Assembly (NCBI GenBank): GCA_010015585.1
Contig: ML975149.1
Source: Eremomyces bilateralis CBS 781.70
Lineage: Eukaryota
Direction: 5' to 3' (one strand)
Length of the DNA stretch: 64,000 bases
Shown here piece by piece: positions 25,201 to 37,685 of this stretch. Made by a program: the position numbers and the translations under genes. Below the pieces are notes generated by a model that was not told where the DNA came from, did no database searches, and saw nothing but the letters and a program-made list of their open reading frames with translations. Every line of letters starts with the position of its first letter. Position 1 is the first letter of the stretch.

Positions 25201-25673
25201 TCACACCAGATTGGTCTCGTTCCACCACGGCAGAGGCCCAGCGTTTCATCAGTGACTGATATTTTGAACTTTGATGGACAGGGATAGGAATCTAGGATAC
25301 ACCAGTATCAGCATCTCGATACAGCCTGACTAGGTCATCACAAGACGCGTCCCCAGCCGTACCGATGGGACGACGGTAGATTCGGAGGATTGCAAATGTG
25401 AGTTACATTGATGACGGACGATCGCATCGAGAGCGGAGGGGGTGGTTGATGAGACATGCGGTTCATCCGATTGGTTGCCTGTGGGATTCCATCTTCCCGA
25501 TTGAGAATCGAACATAGCCACCTGCGTAGGATTGAAAGGGAGTACTGGTACGATGCCAGAGTAACGGCAACACTGAGTTCCACCTCCATAAGGTTACACG
25601 CTCTGTGTCACGGCGACGAGGGAGCACAACGCAAAACCTTCCAGGCTGCTACATACTTCTGCTTCCTCTCTCA

Positions 25674-28488
25674 TCACCAATGTCTCACGACAACCAGCCA
25701 GCCGCCCTCCCTTAGCGCAGCAAGGACAGGCGCAATTCGCTTTCTCTTCTGAGACTCACGCACCGCGATCTCTTCCAGCGCATGCTGCCCATCAAAATAC
25801 TGCAACAACATCGGCCACACTTCACGCAACTCCGCATCCAGGAACGAGCTTCCGATGTGCTCCAACCACCGTGACTCCAACGCGTTGGCTTTCTGCGGAG
25901 AGTGGATGAGCGAAGGCAATTGCTTTGTCGCCGGGGTCGGCTGCGGGTGGGGAGCAGTCGCAACCGCAGCGTTACGCGTCTGCGACACGGAGGGGGAAAG
26001 GGGGGAGAGGAGTCCGTTGGCGCTGTTGGGCGATAAAGGTCGCTGCCGCTGTGTTTCGCCAAGCCGGAGCGGTGACGGTTTTCGACCGGAGGCGGAGGCT
26101 TTGGTGTGCTTGATGGAAGGAGATGCAAAAGGCACGGCGGTGCGACCACTACTCGTGCTTCCAGTGGCTGAGGTAGGCCGAGAGGATGGTTGAACGTTGT
26201 GCGGTGGGAGTCGTGGCGATGATGTCGTGGGTGATTTCGAGGACCTGGAGGACCTGGAGGATTCGTGTGTGTTGTTTTGCGACGAGCTCTCGTCGTGCGA
26301 TTCAGCGTCGCTAGTAACGACTCCTCCGGCTTCAACTTGCCTATGAGGACTATACGGGGTATGGGGACCAAGCGAGTCCGAGGCTCCTTCCTCGCGCTGC
26401 CTCGCCTTGGCCGCTACTTCCGCATTCATCTCCTCGTGCACCGCCACCTTCACTTCGGCAGGCACGCGCACCCATGCGAAGGTTCGCAACTGCGTGACGT
26501 AACCATTCCGCATCAGCCATGCGAGAATCGCCATGTATGCAGAACGATGGTCGGGGCTGGGCATTAAGTGTCGATACGTCTTCGGTCGTGCATCCCGTGA
26601 GAGCTGGTGCAGCATTTTGGGAAGCGATGGAAGGGTGGGAAACTTCGCCGCATAGGCCGGGATATCGTTCGCGAGTGCCTTCATGTTCGCGTTTGGAGAC
26701 ACAATGTATGTATCTCTGGGATGCAATGGCGGAATAGCGCGAGCTTTCCGCCAGTAGATCAAATGCCGTCCAAGGACCTGCATGTCCTTCAGCGACATTT
26801 GCGTCATCAATGCTAGCTTCTGCAAAGATTTCGTGGGTGTAAGGTTGCGGATGAAATATGATAGCGATTCCGAGAGCTCTTTCACGTCCCCCTCGATCTC
26901 CTTGAGGAGCGTCTCACTATCTTCAAGGAGAAGAAGCGCCGAATGCGGTCCCAGAATGTCATCTGCCTCGTCCGCATCGCTGAAACTCCCAGTGGTAAGC
27001 CACAAACCAGGGATCTGTGGCTCTGTAATCGTGGGGACGAAGGGGGTCGATATCGCGTGCGGTATCTGGAAATTCACGTCGAGAGTCTTGTCGAGGTTTA
27101 CAAGAGCAATTTTTGAGGATGAGATCGCCTCGAAGACGGTCGCAATGGCCCTTGCTAGGGTAGAGGACCCGATGATGCTCGGCCAGAGGCTTGCTATAGG
27201 AGTGCCTGGAATCGATTCAGTCAGGAAATTCAGTAGGCAGGGTGGCAGATCGCTTACCATTCTCCTTGCCCTTTTCCTGCATGGTAAGAATCTTCTGCGA
27301 CTCGGCCCAGACGTAATTGTGTTGTGCCTGAAGATACTTCAGGCTTTTTGCGAACTTCTTAACAACATTGTCGTACATCTCTTCTAGACGCAGCTGATGT
27401 TCGAGTGACGGTGGGTTCAGCACAAACACAAGATTGAACATGGTCATTTCGTCTCCTGAGTTTGAGGTTGTGCTCTTATCCTCCGATCCAACTTCAGATG
27501 GCGCTGCAGAAGGTGTACCCGATATCAAACCATGCCCATAGGCAGGCTCGAATCCCTCCACGTACTCGAGCTCTCGGCTCTGGATGAGGCTGTGTAGTGC
27601 TCGCTCTCCAGTCTCGGCATTTGGGTCGTCGTCGAGGTTCTGATCTTCGGACACACCGTTTGCTTCGCTCTCATCCCTGCACGCTTTACCATCTCTCTTG
27701 CTATCCTTTTTTCGCTTTTTCGTTTTCTTCCACCTACCATCGTCCCGCACGAACATAGGTGCACCAAGGAAAGCGATCTCGTCCAAGCCGATCTCAAACC
27801 GCTTCTTATTATACGCTATTCTCCCAGGACAGAGCAGCCGGGCCAGTTCGTTCGTGGGGTAGCCGAGGACTTGGTCACGGTCTTTCTCAGGGTCGATGTC
27901 TGCCTTATTAGACCTTCCAATGCCGCCAGAAATGTTCATGGCGCGCTCCCTGCTTTCTTTTGACCCAGTTCCCCTCACCTCCACCTCCTCTTGCTCGATG
28001 TCTTTGACCCGTGCCGCCCTAGCTCTTGTCGATCTAAGTGATCCGGGTCCCAGGTTAAGCAATCGGCTTGTTTTACTTCCAACCGTTCCACCGCCCCTAC
28101 TGCTTGCAGTCTCGGCAACATCATCTTCGCCCTCATCATCGTCTCGCGCCGTGATCTCCTCGCCGATCCAGCTTCCTCTTCTTGCTGCAATGGATTGCTT
28201 GCTGTTGTCTCCAAGGCTGCTAATGATTTCTCTTGCTCGGAACGTTGTCGTGATTCCTTCCTCTTCCTCTTCATCGCTTCTTTCCTCGCTACTCCAACTC
28301 TTCTCTTCGCCGGCGGTCCGGGTTGAGCCGTTTCCCTGCCAGAATTGGGACTCTTCTGCCAATGATGCCGACGCAGACAGCGGATAGTGAAATACGAGCC
28401 GTGGTTGTGCAGCACGGGAGCGAACTGTGAGAACGATTGCGAGGAGACATGGGTTGGGTGCCAATGGAGCTGCCATCAAGTCAGGCAT
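25674..28488 (-). CDS. NPR3: Nitrogen permease regulator 3 (SEACIT/GATOR1 subunit), ~920 aa; complement(join(25674..27205,27258..28488))
   Basis: PNPCLLAIVL..RSR..PRLVFHYP, KKRFEIGLDEIAFLGAP, MFNLVFVLNPP, KYLQAQHNYVW, HLIYWRKARAIPPLHPRDTYIVSPNA, YFDGQHALEEI; a 52-nt GTAAGC..CAG intron joins the two ORFs. Confidence 0.95.
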
Positions 28489-29187
28489 ACTTGACAGTGG
28501 GGGGATATGAAAGGTTTCAGTCCACGCGCTTAAACGTGAGGATTTCCCAGATTATCGGGATTCATGTGATAGCCTCCCGAGAAATGCGGGACGGTTCTCC
28601 ATCTCCTCCGCACAGAAATCGTCTCGAGAAAGATGGTGATGATTGATGATATGGTGCTACGGCATGGTTGGACACAGTATGGAGTACCGGGCCCGTAACA
28701 TTAGTTGGTAATTACCGACGAGAGGCAGATGTGATACCGTACAATATCATTCACGTCAATCATTTAAATGCGATGTTTTTCGGATACAACCATAGTGGTA
28801 TAACTTGGTGTTAGGTGTAGAAAGGGGTTCGAAAACCGTCACAGCCATGGATCGATTGGTCACGTGGTTGGGCATCCCTCAGCGATGTCCCAAGTCCCAA
28901 CGGCCAACTCCCAACCTCGGGTCAAGACTGAAGAGCCTCATAGGATCTTGCCACCCTGACGCGGTCAGTCTCAAGTTCGCGTCCAACCGAATTACGGAGG
29001 AATATTCCTATTCGATCTGACATGGGTTGTACTACTACCGACTTGTAAGTTGTAACGGAGAATTACACTTATGCTTGCATGATACCCCTACCTTGTTCTT
29101 CCTGAGAATGCCTACGCCCTTCACAAACCAGCGGACATATTAAAACTTTCTGGCTTGAGACGTGGCTCAAGTGACATCCAGAGTAAT

Positions 29188-30564
29188 ATGGAGTTAGACG
29201 AGTCGCGTATCGCACAGCCCCGGTGAGTTCATTCATCCTGCAAATGGAACTCGAAATGTAGACGGTGGCTCATGCGAAGTGCAAATTCAGGCCGATTCAT
29301 ATCTTGTTCATCGGTGCCGGGGCGGTGGGATGCTTTTATGGCTCCAGGTTACATAGGGTGAGTCTGCCAACCGCTTCTCGTCTTAATGATGGCACCTAAC
29401 CAGAACCTCCAGCCAGAAGCAAACGTGTTTGTCTCCCTAGTATGTCGATCGAATTATGACACCATCGCCCGCGACGGCGTCCAGCTCAAAACACACACAT
29501 TCGGCGATTACCAATTCTCCCCCCGTGCGGTTTATCCATCGATCCAAGCGGCAGCCGAAGCGGACAATGCACCCAACCAAGGATGGGATTATGTGGTCGT
29601 GACCACCAAAGCGCTTCCCGATGTAACTGATGACTCCAAAGATATTGAGCCGATCATCAAGCAGGCTCCCGAAGGTCGTTCGTGTATTGTTCTCATTCAA
29701 AACGGCGTCGGCATCGAAGAGCCGCATCGGAAGCGCTTCCCCAAGAACCCGATCGTCACCGCAGTCACCATCGTCAGCGCCGAGCAGATCAGTCATGGCG
29801 TGGTTAAACAAAATCGATGGACAAGGATAAGCATGGGACCATACTCGGATGGACTCGGTGGGACGACTCCCGCTACCAAAACCTTGGTTGAGCGCGCGAC
29901 GCGGAGCACGAAACAGCTGGTGAAACTATTCACTGAGCATGGCAAGCTTCGAGACGCCGAGGAGTACGATGAAGTGGGCATTCTTCTCGTGCGATGGCAT
30001 AAGATCTGTATCAATGCTGCCATGAATCCTTCTGCCGTCCTGGCGGGAGGTGTAGGCAATGCGGACATGGTGACGGATACCGAACTTCGGACTCACTTGC
30101 GGGGCTGTATGGAGGAGGTCTTCGAAGCGGCGCCAGCGATTCTAGGACGCGAGTTTCCCGCCAAGCTGGCCAAGCCCGAGCAAATCCTCAAAAGCACCGA
30201 GAGAAATACAGGCGGGAAGCCAAGCATGCTCGTCGATTGGGAACACGGGCGACCGATGGAATTGGAGGTCATTCTTGGAAATCCGGTTCGGATCGCACGG
30301 AGACATGGGGTGGATCTGATGCGGCTCCAGAGCCTCTATGCACTTTTGAGATCTGCTCAAAGGCTCCGTGATGAAAGGAAGAAGCAAGAAGTAGTACATG
30401 AGCCCAAGAAGAAGGAACCGGAAGCTGTGAAAGCGCCAGAACCAGAGGTTGTGGTTGCTGAGAAGCCGATTGAGGTGGCTGAGAAGCCTGTTGAAGGAGC
30501 GGAGAAGCCTCTTGAGGGGGCCGAGAAGACGTTTGAAGAGGCTCCGGTTCCATCGAAATTATAA
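29188..30564 (+). CDS. Ketopantoate reductase (ApbA/PanE)-family oxidoreductase; join(29188..29222,29291..29357,29413..30564)
   Basis: ILFIGAGAVGCFYGSRL Rossmann motif, VVVTTKA, LIQNGVG.E, RWHKICINAAMNP (catalytic Lys), PSMLVDWEHGRPMELE; ends SKL. Confidence 0.92.
30457..30540 (+). repeat. Coding 21-bp tandem repeat x4 (AEKPIEV/AEKPVEG/AEKPLEG/AEKTFEE)
   Basis: gctgagaagccgattgaggtg gctgagaagcctgttgaagga gcggagaagcctcttgagggg gccgagaagacgtttgaagag. Confidence 0.9.
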
Positions 30565-30781
30565 TCCATTCATTTTGTAGCGGCTTTTGGATAGATACTT
30601 GTACTGTACATAGCGTAACATTCCAGCGCATTATTCCAGTATGTGGCTGGGCTTCAAAGCTTCCGAAGTTGTTGCCTTGTTGCCTTGATGCCTTCCATCC
30701 GTTGCCCCAGCAGCGCCCCCAACCCGCGATGTTACGGCGTTGGCGTTCCTCATCCGCGCTAATAGCGAATCGCATTTCGTA

Positions 30782-30787
30782 ACGCGT
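30782..30787. promoter_or_regulatory. Putative MCB element upstream of cdc11/NUD1
   Basis: ACGCGT ~225 nt upstream of ATG, with further CGCG cores near 30725, 30755 and 30916. Confidence 0.45.
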
Positions 30788-31010
30788 TTAGCTTCCACCC
30801 AAAGATGCAGTGATATTCAAGCTATCCAATTCTCCGAAGACGTCATATTGCTATTGCTTCGGTCCATTCTACATTTCTCTCATTTGAGGCTGCCTTTCAA
30901 GCAATGCGCCTTAAACGCGCACTCTGAAGCGCACCGCTCCTACCCACAACAACACCATCGACTGCTCCCACACCATCCTATCGCGACCTAACATTACGCT
31001 TTTGGGCAAT

Positions 31011-34000
31011 ATGAACGCCTGGCTAGACGACCTCTCGGAAGACTGGGTTCCTCCTCCGTCGAGTCCACCATCTTCGAGTGACGTGGCTGGTCTAGACGGA
31101 CTACGCGACCTACCACCGCGACCGAAGAGCCGCATACCTCGATATCAGAACCCAACTGCACCGACTTCCTCAATTAGACGCCTCCAAGGCCGGAGCCTTA
31201 AAGTTCTCCAGGCTGCTGTGCCTAAAGGTGTACTCACGGAACGCACTTTCAGCGAGAATAACATCTCGTTGCCCTCCGAAAGCGACCCAACCACCGCACC
31301 AATCAAACAGACGACAGCTCGCAGAAGTATTTCAGGCTCATCAATCTCGAGTGTCGTTCACCATGGCGTGGACGTAGATGACGACATAGGAACGGTCGCA
31401 ATTGGAAAGGGTGGTCGAGACCACGATACACCGGAGTGGAGAAGACGATTGCTGCATGGAGAGATGGGTTATGGCGATCGGAAAGACCTGTTCAGCCCGA
31501 TCGGTCTCCAAAACATCTTCAACAAACCCGACGAGGATATAAGCCCAAAGCGGCCGAACAGGAATGCGAGCATGTCGTTCTTGAAAGGTGTGGAGAATAT
31601 TCCATCGAGTCCGCCACCTTGGCCAACAACCGGAACAACCAAGACGGTTCGAGAATCGCAAGAGTCCCAACTTGACGTCGTGCATGAAGATTTGGAAGAG
31701 CAGGAACGATCTGATACATTCGAAGAACCTTCAGTACATTCATCAGCCGGCACCATCCAACGAAACCAACCAACCGAAGGTTCACCAAGCTCCGAAGAGG
31801 GGAGAAATTCAGACACGAACAGGATGAAGCAAGAAGATTCAATCGCTTCATCTCGTGTGATCAGCGGGAGAACAGAGCTAAATGAGGGCTTTAGTCCTGT
31901 GTTCATATCCAAGCATAATACTACAGATGGGAGGATCGATTATGCCGCATTAGAGCTCTCTAAAACCGAGCTTGAGCAGCGCTTAGAGCACTTAGCTCTG
32001 AAGAACTCGAGTACTTCGTCCACCCAACAACCGACTCGAAAACCTGTGGCGCACGAGAATTCGATATCTCAATTACAATCGGAACCACTCCCTGACAGCA
32101 TCCTAACAGGCACGCCGAACTCGTACGATGTCGGAGAGTTTGTCAGTGTCCGCCGGGGAGGGTATTCTGTGGAGGGTTCTTTTGTACACCGACCGCTTAG
32201 TCCATCGCCAATGAAAGAGAAGGACTCTCTCTCCACCATTGAGGATCATTCAATATCTGAATCATCGGTTGACGAGCCTGGCATTGTGCAAGATAAGGAA
32301 AGCTCGGAAATTCTTCCTATTGCTCCCACCCCCCCTCGTGCCTCAAAGTCTACCGCCGGCAGTCAACACAGCTCTGCTCGGGTCCATAGCAAATTTGGTC
32401 AAGGCGATCTTGACAGCCATGGTTTTGAGGATGGGTTCACGCCCCAATTTGAAGGCTCACGATTCACGGGCATGGGATTCACTCCTGCCGCCTCTCCATC
32501 ACCCACAATGCGACCGCCCGGTTCCAAGGAGCCATCGAAGTACCATCCTTCTGATATGACCGGGACATTTGCAGCTTCAAATAAAAGGAAGCTCTCGAAA
32601 CTCTCGGCAAAAAGCTATCTTTCGATTGGCAAAAGATCTTCCAGGAACCAACCCGTCCGAACCGAGACGAGCTATGCCGATGTCGATACTATGTATCGGC
32701 AGATGAGCAGTCAAGTGGTCTATGATGTTGCTGAAGGAAAGCGTCCTCCAACCTCTCCCTGCAAGGACCCTACTCCGAAACGGAGACGGACATTGCACCT
32801 TGACGACATGGAAAATACAGCGATTCCTGTCCGGGTAAACTCAAGAGAGTCTTCCGACCACGAATCCGCGCATTCGGTCATAGGCCGCAAGCGCAAGGAC
32901 GCGAGATATGATGATTCAATAGAGACCGTACACCCCGAAGTTCTCGCTCGACGACAAATCTTGCGCCCGCGGAACCCTACACCCAGCCAGCGGAGGCGAT
33001 ATGAAGTCGAAGAAGAGATTTTGGATGCAACCGAGGCGTTCATGGAGAGCTCCCCACGACTTCAAACGATACAAGAGCATCTTCAGTCCCCTGCCCCTGT
33101 GGGAACAACCGCGGAGGAGCAGCAGGCTCGAGCTGTCGCAAGCAAAGTCGCGGCTTTTACCGTCAAAATGTCAAGAGTCAAGCAGAGTGAGCGCAAGAAA
33201 TCGGTTACAACGCAAGACTTCTTGGACGAAGCGATGAAAATCATGAGCTTCATCCGTAACCGAGGGCGGGCCAGTGATGGTGCAAACAACGCCAGTCTTG
33301 CCGATTCTGACTTCCCATCGGAGGCATTCGACGAAGACGCGATAGCATCCACTTCTCTCACATTCGAGAGACCCCCAAGTCGAGAGAATCGAAGAAGTGG
33401 TTGGAGGACACGCGACGTGCAGCAAGACCCGAATATCGAGGAGCATTTGCAGAGGTTCCAAGACGACGAAGATGAAGACTTCATGCCATCCTCCATTCGG
33501 TCTCTACATATTAGACCCAGCGAAGAATCCCCCGATGAATCCTACACGCTTCCAGACGGCGAAGATATCCTCATTCGAGGCCCGATTTCTCGCGACATGG
33601 ACTCTATCGGGAGCGAGGATGGTACCGGAACTCAAGGGACGATGGGATCGAACACTCAGAACTCGGCGCAGTCATCTCTAGGCAATACCAATGTCACCAC
33701 GGCATCCAAGCGTTCAGATAACGTGGCAACATTAGCACCAGAAGCTGTAGCCCACCTGATTCCTGAAGAGATTGGGTGTATGACGTTCGACCGCGATCGA
33801 GGCATCTGGGTGAAAAATAAGAGTCCGAAGAAGCCACCACGACGCAACGCGGATGTCAGCAGCATCAATCAGAGCGATGATAACGTATTGGATCAGATCC
33901 CTGATTTGAGCGTCAATGCCACTGATGAGGATGCCTGTGTGATGAGTAGAAAAGAGGGCACGTTACGACAACGACTTCTACAGGCCCAGTACGTCCATGG

Positions 34001-36303
34001 AATAGATCTGTCGGGGGGAATCGCAGCGAGTGAGCAGCAGAATGATGGTCAGGCCGCGGACCGCCCAGAAACTCGAGAGGGGGCTTCCGCTCCTCAGGTT
34101 ATCAGCAGTTCTGTGCCCTCGAAGTACACAGCATTTGCGTCCAGCGTTCCGCAGGCAGAGACCAGAGCCACATCGTGGAGCGACCAGAGTGCAGCAAGTC
34201 AAAGCGGTACCATGAAAGGTCCGGCACCCCCTCCTCAGTCTACGGTCGTCGAGCAGGATGTTGAGCATGAGATTGGCATCGAAGAAGGACGTCATCCAAA
34301 CGAACGAGTGCATAACCTCCGACTCAATAGCATCGCTGTTTCGTTCTCATCCCCTCGTATTGGCGAAGAATCCAAGGGAACAGTGCGACATCCCGATGGC
34401 CAATCCAGTCGACCCCAATCCGCATCAGCAATGTCTGTGTCTTCGGAAGGCCAGCCAACTAGAGCTCGATCCACTCCGCCCAGGCAGGTGAACTTCTCCG
34501 TTGCCATGACTCGACCTTCAAGCTCTCCTCATGGTGAGATCTTCCCTTGCCAACCGGGGCAACAAATTGCCGACGTTACATTCCTTCTCAGCGAACTCCC
34601 CGAATTCACCATCAATCAAGTCGACGAGAGAGAGCTCCCACAACGAACATTAGCCAAGAGACATGGTCATCAGCTCTTGTACGGTCACGAGGATCGCTTT
34701 CACGAAGGCAACGCTGCTCTCGTCAAAGCGCTCCAAGACGTCGACCCTGACGAACCATTTTGGGAGGACTTACGAGACCTCGTTCTTGATGAGAAGGACC
34801 TCACGTCATTAAATTTGCTCGACCTTCTGTGCGAGCGTGTTGAGAATCTCAGCGTCTCGAACAATAACATTGCTCAATTGGTTGGCGTCCCGCCGTCGGC
34901 CCGACTATTGAATGCAGACCGGAATCTTCTAACGGGATTGACCACCTGGGGTCACCTGGTTAACCTACAATATTTGAACGTGTCGAACAATGATATCGAG
35001 GACCTGCTCGGATTCAACTGCTTGGTTCATCTTCGACAATTGAACGCGGACGATAACCGAATCACGAGCCTTGATGGCATTTTGGGACTGGATGGTTTAC
35101 TCGAGCTCAGTCTCAAGGGAAACCGAGTTCGAGTTGCAGATTTCACAGGATCTGAATTGTAAGTAGTATAAAATGGAGGGAAGGGACCTATTTGATGCTG
35201 ATAGCAACAGGAAACGGTTAACCAAGCTCAACTTAGCCGCAAACGGGATGGAAAAATTCATCGGCTTTGAAACTCTGCCGGCGCTCGTAGATCTCAATCT
35301 AGGTAAGTGGGCTTCATTGGAATCAACAAAAGAGATCTGATATGAGCATTGCTAATGCCCAATTCAAGATGACAACGAGCTTGACGAGACTCCTCTTGGC
35401 ACCGGTGGCCATGATGGGTTGAAATTGCTGCGCAGCCTCAGCATTCGCCGAAATGGCCTCACTGAGCTCCCAATTACCATCGATGGTCTGAATGTTGAAA
35501 ATCTGTACCTGGATGGCAATCGACTGCCGCGACAAACCAACTTTGACAAACTGAAACGACTACAGCTGGTATCCATGAGACAGCAACGACCTCCATCTGT
35601 AGGATCCAACAATAGCGACGAAGCCCTAATCGCGGCACCCGATGTTCAGGAGATGTTCTTATCACTGAATCAACTGCCATCCATGACAATGAAGCAACCC
35701 TTCCTCAACTTGCGGACGCTGGAGCTGGCATCATGCGGGATCCAGGCGCTGCCCGAGAACTTCGGACAACAAGCGGAAAGCCTACGGAGCCTGAACCTCA
35801 ATTTCAATGCGCTGAAAGACCTTCGGCCTCTTTTGAATATCAAGCGACTCGAGGAGCTTCACTTGGCCGGAAATCGCCTTCAGCGGTTGCGGAAACAGGT
35901 GGCAGTGCTGGCACTGCTTCCGGGATTGACCACCTTGGACCTGAGGGATAACCCGTTCAGTTTGGGCTTCTACCCGTCAGGTTACGAAGTCGGCCCTGTC
36001 CCGAAAGCGGTGCTGGATGGCCCAGACGAAGTGTGGAATGGAAAACGGTTCATTTTGGTGCATAGTTCTCGCGAGCGCGATGAGGAGCATGCAAAGTGCA
36101 TGGACGAAGACACGAAGCTTCGTCGACGAGTGTACGAGATGTTGGTGGCCAACAATTGCGCATTGTTGCAACATCTTGATGGACTGGCGTTCTTGCGTAA
36201 GCGGGTGTTGGTGAAAGACGATATCTGGGTTCGGTTATTGGAGTTAGGCGTGGTGCGCAAATCCCATCGATCGAACAATAGTTTGGGTGGTGAAACTGTT
36301 TAA
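31011..36303 (+). CDS. cdc11: Septation initiation network scaffold Cdc11/Nud1/SepK (LRR protein); join(31011..35158,35211..35302,35369..36303)
   Basis: N-terminal AWLDDLSEDW, TPEWRRRL...KDLFSPIGLQNIF, SVTTQDFLDEAMKIM, C-terminal LRRs, TLDLRDNP and KLRRRVYEML; two GT-AG introns keep frame. Confidence 0.92.
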
Positions 36304-36808
36304 GGAGGCATACGAAAAGCATGAATGAATTGATGTATCTTTGTACTATTAGCCTGGTTATAGTTTTTTTGCATGAAAGTGCACTCGAGCATGAACTTGC
36401 TCCTCTCCTTGTTCAATTAAACATGAATCATGACATAGCTGGGGGAATTGGGAAAAGTGTTTTGATCCTCGGCATATTATTTTACATGCTGCGAACTTAT
36501 CACACCGTGATCGCTTGTTGTTGCTAGTAAAGTCGTTCAACCATGCACCTTAATACTAGTTTAAGTCACACCCAACACTAGCACAACTTCCGTCTGTCTG
36601 TATGCTCGTGTCTGTATCTTGTGTAAAACCCACGATCTACTATTCTAAGTACAACATAATCCTTTCACTACTTAGTACTATCCTCAACTTCTCTCAAATC
36701 TCGCATTTGGCAAACTCACTTACAGCGAAAGCATCCCTGGCCCTGCTCGTTGTTGTTGTTACAGGATCACGATCGAACTGGGGCACGGCAAGCAATTCAG
36801 TCCACACT

Positions 36809-37612
36809 ATGGCTTCTATCAATACCGCAAGCCTCGCAACGCACTTCAAGTCCCTTCACAAACCTTCCCAACCACTCCTAGTCATGAACGTTTGGGATGG
36901 CGCATCCGCAATGGTACTTTCATCCATCCCCACCACGACCGCCCTTGCAACTGCATCTTATGCAGTTGCCAAGGCTGCTGGGCTGGACGACAAAGACCTG
37001 ACACTCGAGGATAATTTACGCGCTGCCTCCGTTGTCGCTACTGTCTCCAAATCTAGGGAAGGCGGACCACTTCCTGTGACTGTGGACCTGCAGGATGGGT
37101 ACGGTAGTTTCCTTGAAGAGGCGGTGGATAAGCTGATTGACATGGGGGTAGTAGTTGGAATCAATCTGGAGGATTTTATGACCGCAAGGGACGGGGCGGA
37201 AGGTCGCTTTTACACCGTGGAAGAGCAGTGTGGGCGGATCAAGAAGGCACTCGATACGGCGGAGGCAAGAGGAGTGGGCGATTTTGTTGTCAATGCCAGA
37301 GCAGACCCGCTGTTGCACAAGGGGTCGTTGGAAGAGGTTATCACCAGGGGAAAAAAATATCTTGAAGCTGGGGCCACGACTTGTTTCGTACTAGGAGCGT
37401 TGAAAAAAGACATTCCCTCGTTAGTAAAGGAGTTCGGAGGTCGGGTGAATGTTGGGATGAAGACTGAGGAGGGGTCTCTGGCTCCGAAAGAGCTGGCCGA
37501 CCTTGGAGTTGCGAGAATCAGTGTTGGTCCTGGGATGCAAATGGTTGCAATGAATGCCATACTCGAAGTCACAAAGAAGGCGTACACGAATCTGGAGGAG
37601 ATAAACATGTAA
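36809..37612 (+). CDS. PEP mutase/isocitrate lyase superfamily protein, intronless, 267 aa
   Basis: FKSLHKP..PLLVMNVWDGASA, ATASYAVA, PVTVDLQDGYG, GINLED, FVVNARAD, YLEAGATTCFV, LGVARISVGP. Confidence 0.9.
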   Translation: MASINTASLATHFKSLHKPSQPLLVMNVWDGASAMVLSSIPTTTALATASYAVAKAAGLDDKDLTLEDNLRAASVVATVSKSREGGPLPVTVDLQDGYGSFLEEAVDKLIDMGVVVGINLEDFMTARDGAEGRFYTVEEQCGRIKKALDTAEARGVGDFVVNARADPLLHKGSLEEVITRGKKYLEAGATTCFVLGALKKDIPSLVKEFGGRVNVGMKTEEGSLAPKELADLGVARISVGPGMQMVAMNAILEVTKKAYTNLEEINM

Positions 37613-37685
37613 GCAACTGGGAGCAGGTATATCTCGACCCGGATTATTGGCACCGTATGGTCTATCTCCACTGGCAATCCAGACT

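Noticed and set aside
27206..27260. Overlapping NPR3 ORFs suggesting a frameshift or pseudogene
   Set aside because: Fully explained by a canonical 52-nt intron
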